Source: Octopus vulgaris | Taxonomy: Eukaryota | NCBI GenBank assembly: GCA_951406725.2 | Contig: OX597817.1 | Location: forward strand, 33,480,001 to 33,544,000 | DNA length: 64,000 nucleotides | Reading direction: 5' to 3' | Part shown: piece after piece, positions 51,181-64,000 of the stretch | Position numbering within the stretch: the stretch's first letter is position 1 | Layout of the letters: each line of letters starts with the position of its first letter | The notes under the pieces: model-generated | The model's input: only the letters and a program-made list of their open reading frames with translations | What the model was told of the DNA's origin: nothing | The model's database searches: none | Program-made: the position numbers and the translations under genes

Positions 51181-52030
51181 TAGCCCTTCTACTATAACCA
51201 CAAGGCCTGAAATTTGTGGGGAGGGGACTACTGGATTACATCGACCCCAGTGATCAAGTGGTACTTATTTTATCGACTCTGAAAGGATGAAAGGCAAAGT
51301 TGACCTAGGCGGAATTTGAACTCAGAACGTAAAGACGGGCGAAATGTAATGTCGCTAAGCATTTTGTTCGGCGTGCTTACGATTCTGATAGCTCGCCACC
51401 TGTATGTTACCAATAATGGCGAGCTGGCAGAAACGTTAGCACGCCGGGCGAAATGCGTAGCCGTATTTCGTCTGCTGTTACGTTCTGAGTTCAAATTCCG
51501 CCGAGGTCGACTTTGCCTTTCATCCTTTCGGGGTCGATAAATTATGTACCAGTTACGCACTGGGGTCGATGTAATCGACTTAATCCGTTTGTCTGTCCTT
51601 GTTTGTCCCCTCTGTGTTTAGCCCCTTGTGGGTAGTAAAGAAATAGGTATTTCGTCTGCCGTTATGTTTTTAGTTCAAATTCCGCCGAGGTCGACTTTGC
51701 CTTTCATCCTTTCGGGGTCGATAAATTATGTACCAGTTACGCACTGGGGTCGATGTAATCGACTTAATCCCTTTGTCTGTCCTTGTTTGTTCCTTCTATG
51801 TTTAGCCCCTTGTGGGTAGTAAAGAAATAAGAAACGTTGGCAATAAAGAAATAAGAAACGTTAGCACGCCGGGCGAAATGCTTGGCAGTATTTCGTCTGT
51901 CTTTACGTTTTGAGTTCAAATTCCGCCGAGGTCGACTTTGCCTTTCATCTTTTCAGGGTGGATAAATTAAGCACCAGTTGTGTACTGGGGATCGTTCTAA
52001 TCGACTGGCCCCTCCCCCAAAATTTCGGGC
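51181..52030. mobile_element. Cluster of four SINE B units (one minus, three plus)
   Basis: Minus copy 51181-51402 with TSD TATGTTACCAAT (51169-51180, 51403-51414); plus copies ~51417-51647, ~51648-51830, ~51854-52030. Confidence 0.85.
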
Positions 52031-52404
52031 TTTGTGCCAAGAATAGAAAAGAATAATAATACTGAAAATGTCACAGCGTTTACCATTCCACTCATCTTCT
52101 AGCTATAAATGGGTTGATTTCTGACTGTATTTTAAAGCATAATTTAGTGGTGATCGGAGCCAACAGTTCGATTTCGAGTTGCGGTCAGAGGAATTTTAAT
52201 TTCTTGCACCATTAATATCTACCGATCCCCACTAGGAAATTCATGCCTTGTTTCCGCGTCTGATATTCATAGGACAATTCAATCAAAAATGGATAAAACT
52301 TAATACTAATAAAGAACTAATAAAAAGAAATACACAGTTTATAGAAATATAAAGTTTAGTGAACTAAGTATATACTGATTATTTGTTCGTGGCCTCAATG
52401 GAAA

Positions 52405-52800
52405 TCTTTATATATAAAAGTGAAGTTGTGTGAGTGTCTGTCGCCTACGATTTAGATTCCTAACTACTCCCACATTTTGCGGTGCAGTTTAACCAAAACC
52501 GGGTATCTTATAGTCGTCATTCATATCGAGCCCTTCTGGGTATTAGCGCGTGTCTACGATGAGTCTACGATTTTAAAAATAATTTAACATCATTTTTATC
52601 CATTTTAACGCATATTTTTTAAATAAAGGGAAGTAACTCTCTAAAAATGTCTACGATGAGTCAACGATTTAAAAAAAAAATTACCATAATCTTTTTTCCA
52701 TTTTTAATGCATTTTTTGCTATTTTTTGGCTATAACTCTCTAAAAATGCTTTATAGTTATTTCCCTTACAAACCCGAGCAACGCCGGGCGATACTGCTAG
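52405..52800 (+). mobile_element. Non-autonomous Helitron
   Basis: A|TC 5' end, subterminal hairpin CCCGAGCAACGCCGGG, CTAG|T 3' end, no TSD. Confidence 0.85.
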
Positions 52801-55800
52801 TAATTAATAAAATTAATTGGCGAACGCTATCAAAATCAGTGCAGTTTCAACGAAAGAATGAGAACACTGTCAAAATGAGAGTAGTGCCAACGAAAGAATG
52901 TAAAATATAAAACACTCGGCTGATTGTTCGGTAGTCTATCTGCGCGTCCTTTAATTTTTAACAAAAAAAGAAAATGACTCTTCCCAGACACAAAAGAAAT
53001 GGAGCTTTATGCTATATATTTCCGAAGGTTATAGGTAACATAAGTAGCTTCGACTTAGTATTTAAACCGGTTCACAAAATTTGCTTTTATCGATTTTCTA
53101 ATAAACTTATAATTTACTATTATCGTTTCAAAGCGCACACGTCCATCTTTACGTTCTGAAGTGAAATACTGCGGAAGTCGACTTTGCCTTTCATCCTTTC
53201 GGAGTCGATAAAATAAGTACCAGTTGAGTACTGGGGCCGATGTAATCGACATACCCATCCTCTAAAATTGCTGGCCTTGTGCCAAAATTTTAAATCATTA
53301 TTTCATAGCGCACAACATACTATTTTGGGGTAATTTGAAATAAACGATATACCTTTTTTTAAGACTGTTCAATTGTAGCTTTGCTATGAAAAGTAACCAA
53401 AGTGGATGCTCCACAAATCTTTGTCTCTCGGTGGACAGAAAATATTGGATTGATTTCAGTAGTTTTCAGTCTTCTTTGACTGACATCAGTGAAAGAATAA
53501 CCATCTCCTGTCCACAGAGAGAGTAAGTAGCTGGTAGATATTTATAATGTATACAAACCAGGACTCAATTGACTAAACCAGTCACTCTAATTTGCATAGC
53601 TGTATAGGTGCTGACAACACAGACTATGCATTAATTGACACACATTTGCAACACATGTACAATTATGCAAATTACACTGAACAGTTTAGCTGAGTTCTGG
53701 TTTGGCTGTATTAATAATAACTTCAAGCTGCTAATCTATCCATAGATAGATGGGTATCCCTTCTTTAATAAAGATCTAAGAAGAGTCAAAACTAATTAGA
53801 TCTACCCCATTTTTTCTGCACACGAAAAGATAAATATATATAGTGTATCTATTTTGATTTTCACTACAAAGTAAAAACTAATTTTTTTTAAGGTCTACTC
53901 TACATTTGAAATCAATAAGTCATAATTTGGTATATATTTTCAGATAAATAAATATTGATTTCAAATTTTGGCACAAAGCCAGTAATTTCGGAGGAGTGGG
54001 CAAGTCGATTACATTGATTCCAGTGCTCAACCGGTACTTCTTTTATCGACCCCCGAAAGGATGAAAGGAAAAGTCGACCTCGGTGAAATTCGAACTCCGA
54101 ACATAAAAACGAACGGAATGCCGCTAAGCATTTTTCCCGGCGTGGTAACGATTCTGCCTATTCGGTGTCTTCAAATAAACAATTATTACAACGTATTCCA
54201 ACTCGTCGAAATATCTCATGCTCTTTACATTTACTCCCCTCTTCCCGTGTCTTTCATTCTATCTGTCTATTCCATACACATTTTCAAAACACACATAAAC
54301 ATCACATATATCAATAATTTATTGCTTTTGACAATCACAGACGAACTCTTGTTCATTGACCTCTTACAGTATGGAAAAATATAAAGAATTGTTTCTGCTC
54401 ACAAAATGGCGCAGAGACAGTAACTGGTTTTAATAATTATTACAGTTGTGAGTATAACTGAGATGCTTGATCGAGACAGTAAAGCTAGAGTTAAATGCGT
54501 TTTGTCTTTAGTTTCATATTTCATATTTCTAAATTCAAATCTCATTGGAGTTGACTTTCATTCTTTCTGAGTCGATAAATTGACTTTAGACTCCACTACA
54601 AAAATGTGATTTTGTGCATTCTCAAAAAACAAAAAAAAAAAATCAATAACTTTCATTGTTATTATGACAATAAAATAGAGATAAGCTCCCTGTAGTGCGA
54701 GTGCGTGAATGCGTGTGGCTAAGTGGTTGGGGTGTTGGGCTCACAATCGTAAGGTTGTGGGTTCGTTTTCTGGAGTGGACGGCATATTTGTGTCGTTGAT
54801 GAAAGCATTTCATTTCATATTGCCCCAGTTCACTCAACTGCAAAATATATGCCAGCCGAATGCTGGTGCAGCTCTCCTCTATTTCGGCAGTCACATAATG
54901 AATATTGCATTAGGTCAAGGGTGGGAAGTTTGAGAGGATGCCTGTGTCTCCTCACGACTACATGGCCCTTAAAACAAATAGTGAAAACATGGTACACGCT
55001 ACCAAGCTATACTCGCTTGCGAGTGACGGCTGTACTTTTGTGCGAGTTCGCAATCCAATTTCGATTCTCAGTTGATTCATATACACTTATTTAACATCCT
55101 TAATGATCTTGAAATATATCACGACTTTTCAACACCCTCCCCTCAAAACATGAAATTATTAATTTTGCTTGTTACTATGACAACGTCGGAGAATAGAGGC
55201 GAACGGAAACCATGAACCAGTTCAGATTCCCGGTTATAATCATTTCATTTTCCTTACATGCCTAATGTGCTTTCAGATGGTATAAACATTACACGTTGCC
55301 ATTTCTTATCCCTTGTTCATCTGAGATCTTGTGCTTTCATAAAAATATAATCAATAACTTTTACTGTTGTAGCTTTATGCCTATGTAAGAAATCGATAAT
55401 TTTACTACTACTTTGCATTGGTAGTGGTCATCAATTTATATTACTCTCCATTACTTATGAACCATGGAGGAGTGTCAATCTTCTACAACGGTTTATTTTT
55501 TGGTTTTAAAATATTTTGGGAAAGGTTACATAAAAAGAAAGAGCACTCGGAGTTGGTCAAATACATCGATACTTAGAATATTCAGTAATATAGAAATGAT
55601 AAATGTCATAGATATTGATGGTGCACTACATAATATGAAAGCTTTCTTCGTTAATGGTGTAGTAAAATTGACTGGTGAATGTTGTTCAGATTTATTGTTT
55701 CAGATTTGGCTGTCTTGTGATGGGGAGTGGCTCATTTATGTTGTTTTAGTTAATGAATCAGAAGGCATGAGCGATATATTTAAAAGTAAAGTTCGCGCCC

Positions 55801-56814
55801 TGACTCCTATCTTCGACTGTAACTAATTCATATTCTTATGCTTCTAATGCTCTTAAAAAGTTATGAACGTCACATATTCTGATCTTTCTTCCATTGAATA
55901 TTTCGATCTTCTTACCAAAGAAAAAAAAGGAAAGATGGAGAGAAATCACAACGAACGAAGAACTAATGCCGCCCTCTTAAACCAATGCCGAAGAATAGGA
56001 AGTTCAGAAATGAATACGCACGATCGCCTATTGACATATATCTCTGGTAAATGAAGTTGCGTTTACGGGCGACAAAATAAAATACGAACGGCTAATTTTT
56101 ACTTCCAGGTCAGTTCAAATTCAGTAGGGCCCTTAATCAAAAACATTCCAGTTATGACCATCTCACTTTAAGCGTATGTAAAACTATATTATCCAGCGAG
56201 CATTCTCTTTTAAAGATTGTAGTGTGTTATTTGAAAGAGACTCTACTGCTATTTCTAGCAAGGCAAACAATTGCGTGGAGGCTCTTTCATTGGCAAGCCT
56301 GCTGTAAAATACAGATTTGTTTTGGAGGCCTAAGAAGGAAAACTGCGTTGCAGATACAGCTATGCAGAAGCTTATCTACGGCTCACTGTATAAATCGATG
56401 GAATATTGATTGTCAAATATATCAGAAAGAAATTCTGATTCTAATTTTCTTTCTTCTGATTTCAATCATTGGACTGCAGCACCGATGTTAAGGGTTTTAA
56501 GTCTGTATTATCGATCTCAGTACTTGTTTCAGTCTGCTACATATTTTATTGATCTTTATTTATCGAATCTCTAAGTAACGTATTTGAAATAAAGAATTAC
56601 GGCTTGACGCGCGAGTTAAAACTCGTTAATATGAATACACATTCAGATACACTCGCACATACATTCGTACGCGTGCGCACTCCAGACATTATAAGCCTGC
56701 TTTGGCTCCTAGATTGAATCATAGGAGATACGATGTGATATTCATCGTGTCTTAGACATTTTAAAAAATATGATGGCGCCTATCCTTCATCAGGCCTGAT
56801 CACAGATAATTTTG

Positions 56815-56981
56815 TTTAGAGAGAGAAAAAAAGAGAGACAGACAGACAGACAGACGGAAAGAGATATATATATAGAGAGAGAGAGGCAGAGAGATATATA
56901 TATATAGAGAGAGAGGCGGAGAGAGAGACAGATATATATAGAGGCAGAAATATATATAGAGAGAGAGAGGCAGAGAGAGAG

Positions 56982-57012
<31 letters not shown>
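56815..57012. repeat. (GA)n/(TA)n low-complexity tract
   Basis: Direct reading. Confidence 0.9.
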
Positions 57013-57405
57013 TGAACAGAAAGAAAAAAGTGAGAAGGAGAAGACTTGTATACTTTGATCTGGTTTTCTAGTTACCGCCATCATCGCTATTACTCTTCTC
57101 CCTCTACTTATCTCCCCTCCTCTTTATGCGTATCATTTTTTAAATCACTGTCAGTTCCTCTATTGTAGACGGATGAGGCGATGAGAAGAAAAAGATTTTT
57201 AAAAAGACTGAAAGAGGAAAGGACATAGAGAATTTGATGTTACATAAATGTACCGCCGTCTCGTAAATTCACTCACAGGGCATTGGTCGGCTCGAGGATA
57301 TAGTAGAAGACACTTGCACAAGGTGCCACACAGAGGGACCCAACCCGGAACAATGAGGTTTGGAGGCAAGCTTCTTACCATACACCCACTCTTGCGCCTT
57401 ATATA

Positions 57406-57902
<497 letters not shown>

Positions 57903-58195
57903 GTGTGTGTGCCTCTGTGTGCGTGCGTGTGCGTATAATAAATGTCTGAGCGAGATGTAAACGGTAGCAGCATGACATTGTGAATTATATTTGCGACCTA
58001 AATGTGACAGACCAACATGGGACGAAGATACTGTAGTTCATAGACCCAGGAAGACATCTCCTCCAGCAGGCTCACGACATAATGTCCGTCCACCGTCAGT
58101 ATTTGCGAGGGGAAATCATCGTTCCCATCTCCAGCCTGACGTTTATACACACGGACAGGAGATTCTGAAAAAGCATCTATATAAATATTTTTTTT

Positions 58196-58226
<31 letters not shown>

Positions 58227-59200
58227 TCTCTAGATTCAGCTCATAGCTGCGGCCAAGCTGATGCACCGCCGTTTTGCTACACTGTTATTACTGAGAGCCT
58301 CCTCTAATATGTGACACTTGGTGAAGAATGGAGTTTGATGTAGCTACCCTCATTTGCACCTCTTGCCGTGAGGTAGGTTCATCTGGGACTCTCGACAGGA
58401 AGAGGTCCAGCGTTGATTTAAAAACCCCTACATCTACTTTGTGCAGGTTCCTCAGGCTCTTTGGAAGAATATTAAAAAGCTGTGGGCCACTGAAACCCAG
58501 ACTGTTGCAGAAGCTGGTCCTGAAGCGCGATGGCGTTGCTGGGATCTTTGGCACTATGCAGTGTCGTCCCGTCAAATTTTGGCTCAATTCCTTCCAGGAT
58601 CTTCCAGATATATATTACCGCATACCTCTCCCGCCTTCTCTCCAGGGAGTAGAGTCTTAGCTGTTTCAGCCTTTCCCAGTAGCTGAGCTGTTGCAAAGAG
58701 GCGATCTTCTTGTGAATCTTCTCTGGATTGCTTCAAGGTCCGCTATTAATTTCACAGTGGTGGGTGACCATATCTGTGAGCAGTAATCCTGGCGGCTGAG
58801 GACGAAGATCCGCCAGAGGACCATCATGATTTCCTTATCTCTTGTTCTGAATGTTCTAAGGATCCAGCCAGCCAGTCGTCTGCACTTTGTCGCCATCCTG
58901 GAAATGTGCACTTGGAAAGAGGTATCATCACTCATGTCGATACCCAGGTCCCTCGCTAATTTAGGCTCTAGGACTGAAATTCCTTGTGGACCGGTGTACC
59001 CTGTAAGTTTCATATTAAGTTTTGGATGCAAGCAGCGCAGGGCTTGGAACTTTTCAGCGTTGAACTACATATCATTTTCCTCAGGCCATCTGTAAATTGA
59101 GTCCAACTCTTGCTGGAGGTGTGCAACATCGCTGGGGTTCTATATTTTCTGCGAGACTTTCGTGTCATCTGCATAGCTTGCAAGGGTGACTATGCGGGCA
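58227..59200 (-). mobile_element. 5'-truncated, decayed CR1-group LINE (RT C-terminus and 3' UTR)
   Basis: YADDTKV, RDLGIDMS, GWILRTFRTRD, DYCSQIWSP, YWERLKQLRLYSLERRRERY; stops and frameshifts; (TA)n on both sides. Confidence 0.9.
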
Positions 59201-59205
59201 CTTGA

Positions 59206-59255
<50 letters not shown>

Positions 59256-59299
59256 ATATATATATGTAGTGTGTGTGTGTATAGATATATATTATATAA

Positions 59300-59331
<32 letters not shown>

Positions 59332-59517
59332 ATAGATATATATTATATAAATATATATATTTATGTCCCCGTTACTTAGCGGTTCGGCAAAAGAGACAGA
59401 TAGAATAAGTACTAGGCTTACAAAGAATAAGTCCTGGGGTCGATTTGCTCGACTAAAGGCGGTGCTCCAGCATGGCCACAGTCACGTGACTGAAACAAGT
59501 AAAAGAAAAGAAAGAAA

Positions 59518-59567
<50 letters not shown>

Positions 59568-60475
59568 GTATACATATAGATAAATTTATATATATATATA
59601 TATCCTCTCCATTTTCTTATGTGCCTTATATAAATCTATAAATAAATAGATTTATACATCTATAAATATATATATACATTTATATACATTTATTTATATA
59701 TTTATATACATATATATATATATAGCTATTTATGATATACCGTGGTATATAGACACTCTCCATATAGACACAATGTATAAGTCTTGTTAGTCATTTAAGA
59801 TCATACAAAAACGTGTAGTCATATTTTATCTATTTAACAATTTTTCATGGTCTAAACAATCGTTATGCTTTCGTACACATAAATGCACACACACCTATAT
59901 TCCTTTTATTTAGTTCCACCTGCTACAAAACATATACAAATCATGCGTACATGTCCCTTCCCCACTCGTATATACTTACCGCCCACGCAATATACACACT
60001 ACCGTAGCACGTATTTTTTTCTTCAGACAGTCATAGAACGTGAAAAATAATATCCACTCTTTTCCTTTAGTGAAGTACATACTACACACGGCCCACTCAA
60101 ATTTCCGCTTACCTACATTCATGCGTTTACCTCCGAAGACACTAATAAACGCCTTCTATGTGTCACGCTTCACAGTCTACACTAATGACATACACACGTC
60201 ACGAACACACACCTGTACAAACCATTCAATCACCAGACACACATGCCACAGGCGTAGGTGTGGCTGTATGTTAAGAAGTTTCCTTCCCAACCACATGGTT
60301 ATGAGTTCAATCCCACTGCGTGATAACATGGGCAAATGCCTTCTGCTATAGCGCTGGGTTGACCAAAGCCTAGTAAATGGATTCGGGAGATGAAAACTAT
60401 AAGATCGGAAAGTTGAACTGTGAACTTTTATGCTTATTTTCCTTCATCTTCTTATTCCGTTACGCCTGTCCTCTA

Positions 60476-60887
60476 TACTCTTTACTCTTTTACTTGTTTC
60501 AGTCATTTGACTGCGGCCATGCTGGAGCACCGCCTTTTAGTCGAGCAAATCGACCCCGGGACTTATTCTTTGTAAGCCCAGTACTTATTCTATCGGTCTC
60601 TTTTGCCGAACCGCTAAGTGACGGGGACGTAAACACACCAGCATCGGTTGTCAAGCAATGCTAGGGGGACAAACACAGACACACAAACACACACACACAT
60701 ATATATATACATATACATATATACGACAGGCTTCTTTCAGTTTCCGTCTACTAAATCCACTCACAAGGCATTGGTCGGCCCGGGGCTATAGCAGAAGACA
60801 CTTGCCCAAGATGCCACGCAGTGGGACTGAACCCGGAACCATGTGGTTGGTTAGCAAGCTACTTACCACACAGCCACTCCTGCGCCT
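60476..60887 (-). mobile_element. SINE family A, full length; head fragment on + strand at ~60250-60370
   Basis: Colinear with 3681-4107. Confidence 0.87.
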
Positions 60888-62654
60888 ATGTCGTTATTTC
60901 GTTATTCTATACCCTTCTCATTTTCCCTATCTCTGATGATGGAATATCCTATACTCGGGATATCCCAGAAACAGCTGTAAAACTTCGAATTTTCATTTTT
61001 CAATAATAATAATGTATATGAGTTGAGATATTTGCTTTGCCTTCACGCTTGTTGTCCTCTTTAACAATTATATATCCGCTATATCGGAAATCTGCAAAGG
61101 CTCCATAACTACAGTCTCGGCTATATCCTTGGAGCCCTAGTAATCCGTTACAGCACTTACCTAACCGTTTAGATCACCTGTGAACTAAACCCCCATATTT
61201 TGTATACGTATTTATGTATGTATATATATTGTTGTATTTTGTGGTGGTCATTTTTTTTTCTGCCAAATAAACACACACACTATATATTCTCGCTTCACGC
61301 GTTTATTACTGTTCTTATTGTAACTCATGTTCAGTGTCCGGAAATCTTTCGTTACACATCTATGAACTCTTCAGTGATACATTCCATCATCATGTGTGAT
61401 CTTGCTCCACGTATTTCATGAAATATGCGTGCGCGCGCGCGTGTGTTTGTTTCTGTCCTTCATCACTGTTTGACAAACCGGTATTGATGTGCCTAAAGGC
61501 GGCGAGCTGGCAGAAACGTTAGCACGCCGGACGAAATGCTTAGCGGTATTTCGTCTGCGTTACGTTGTGAGTTCAAATTCCGCCGAGGTCGACTTTACCT
61601 TTCATCCTTTCGGGGTCTATAAATTAAGTACCAGTTACGAACTGGGGTTGTAATACCTATGTCTGTCCTTGTTTGTTCCCTCTGTGTTAGCCCCTTGTGG
61701 GTAATAAAGAAATAGGTATTAATGTGCTTATTGTCAGAAAAGAGACCTGTAGAGCAAGTATGAGGTTTTAAGGAAAACAATGTCCTGGGATCAATGCGTT
61801 CAACTAAACTCCTTCAAGGCGGTGCTCCAGCATGTTCCCAGTTTTATGTCTGAAACAAGTATACATAAATATATGGATAAAAATAATAAGTATGCCTGCA
61901 TGTTCCATTCACATTACTATACTTCAACATGCACCCAACATATATTCACTCAGGATAAGCTGTTTAATCTTCTACAGTTACATTTACACACCTTCCCATT
62001 AGTATTCACTAAACAACACCATTCTATACCTGCATAAACCAACCGTTCCACTTATGAGCACATAATAACATATGCATACCCACGCGTGCATTGACAAAAT
62101 ACACACATACACATCATTGGCGGATCTACAATATTGGGTCCCTCAAGCTGAAAATGTTATAGGGGCCCCCTTTCAACCGGCAACAGTAGGATAACATCCA
62201 GCGAGGGTCAAAGAATGTTCTTGCCTTTACAAGGAACTCCAGCCTTGAGGTCCTGATAGCCCAAATAGTGAAGTGGTGACGTGGAGTCCTTAAAGAGGAG
62301 TCTGACAGTGAGTCCTCTTTCCACAAGAAACTAGGTGTCGGTAATCACCGATATCTTTGTCGATGTAGTTGTTCCATGGCAGATCACCACAATTTTCTGT
62401 ATAAATTTAAGCACTACGTTTCAGATTGTGATTCTCAAAGTCACTGGTGTGAACAAATATTTTCCAGACTATGCCTTATACATTTAGAGTTATGGGGGTT
62501 GAAAGTAAGGGAAGTATTATGATGCATCAAAGAATAAATATATAAAACATAACAAATACCACATTTAATATAATCTAATATTAATCTTATATTTAAGATA
62601 CATATGAAAATTACAAAATACTTTTTTTTTCTGTTTTTATAGCAACGTATTCCC

Positions 62655-63110
62655 TCACAATTTTGTCATATGAAGCTTCCTTGCAATGTCATTTTCTAGA
62701 GACAATATGCATAAGGAATTTAAGCGCTCTTCAGCCATGGTAGACCAAAATTTATTCTTTACAAAGGAAAGCTTTGAGAAATACCTTTCTTCTTCACGGG
62801 TCGTGATAAGCATTGACAAGTACAGCTTAAGTGATAATATTAGAGAAGTGATAATATTAGAAAACACTTCAATTAATTGTTGCTCATGAATAAGCTTAAG
62901 AACTTCTCTGCATTGCATTTTAGATGGTGTATTTTCTTCTGTGTTCCGTAATTTCTTAATGTGTAAATACTCTTTGAACTGATAACACTCATTTATTAAT
63001 TTGTGGTCAATATCGTCTTGTAATGCGATATTGTTTGATACTGCCCTCATCAAATTCTGAATTGTTAATCAGTTCTGAGAGACACTTGAATCTTTTCGCA
63101 ATCTGATCAC
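62655..63110 (-). pseudogene. hAT-superfamily transposase C-terminal dimerisation domain remnant
   Basis: IEVFSNI..LKLYLSMLITTREEERYFSKLSFVKNKFWSTMAEERLNSLCILSLENDI resembles FPNI..L..P.T....ERSFSKL..IK..LRSTM..ERL. Confidence 0.8.
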
Positions 63111-64000
63111 TTATAGTTTATTATATATACGTCTATATACAATCTATATACATGCATACACATACATAACTATATTTGTAAATATACATATTTGAAAGAG
63201 TTACGCATGCACAAAGAGGCTGACTGGTAGAGAGATTTTACAGATAGACAGAAGAAGAACTGATCACGGCTGGAAGGCTTTCATCAGAGGTCTGATCATT
63301 TAGAGCTTACCTGAAGTTAAACAAGAACTATGTTTCCAGCTGATGTGTAATCCACTAGATCAGGGATTCTCTGAATTTCCATTTTATTTATCCTCTCGGT
63401 TCGATGCTTTTAGCCAGTTACCGTCTTTGACATATATACACTAAATAATCAGCATAAATTTTTGCTACGTTCATGTACATTCGGACACGGAAAGGCAATA
63501 CGCTGCGCAAGTATCGAGAGAAGAAATTCTCCTGACAGTATAGAGGTAAACACACCACTAGGCCATTTCTGTGTCGTTATGCTTCACTAGCTACGTATAC
63601 CAAGCCGTCGTTCATGGTCACAAAAAGTTGCATTTTATTGTCTTTCTATGTCAGTAGGTTCATGCAGGTGCTAAACAAGACTGTACACAACAATACTTTA
63701 TCTAACGCTGCTTAGTGCGCCTTTAATATATGTCTTTTATATTTTTTATAAATCCAATACAATGCACTTTATGAAAAATACAGCTCAACGGTTTATAGTT
63801 TTAGCTTATTCAAATCATCGACCTGTATTTTTTTATTACTTGCATTATTTTGGTTTTATAAAAAGAAAATAACTAAGTACAGACAGACAGACACACATAC
63901 ACACACACACTGTCAATTCAAATAAATGAACAATTCAAATACGAAAAAAAAAACGAACGTGAAGACGTGCACAAGAAATGTATTAGCTTGACACTCAGTG

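Noticed and set aside
51417-52030. CRISPR-like array
   Set aside because: Long SINE units without unique spacers, in a eukaryotic context with no cas genes
63307-63385. Minus-strand ATG...CAG|GTAAG exon candidate
   Set aside because: All three frames contain stops before the donor; no supporting context

Overview
AT-rich, repeat-saturated eukaryotic DNA. The SINE repertoire and microsatellite load suggest a coleoid cephalopod, probably Octopus (inference). One host gene is supported: five phase-consistent coding exons (1718-11267, +) of a FAXC/metaxin-like GST-fold protein whose first exon I could not find. The remaining ~52 kb is mostly mobile DNA. It includes a near-full-length CR1-group LINE with intact APE+RT ORF2 and a frameshifted two-CCCH-finger ORF1 missed by the ORF track, and a Gypsy fragment with a -1 frameshift signal. 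There are also Helitron, Penelope, R4/Dong, Tc1, mariner and hAT fossils, two non-autonomous Helitrons and several modular SINE families. The most unusual object is a 449-bp palindromic insertion (31183-31631, 13-bp TSD) joining a tRNA-like Pol III head to a Penelope-type minimal hammerhead motif in each arm; other hammerhead-like motifs lie at ~46.3, ~60.9 and ~61.3 kb. All calls are by eye. Family names are unverified by database search, and repeat boundaries are approximate unless fixed by TSDs or termini.
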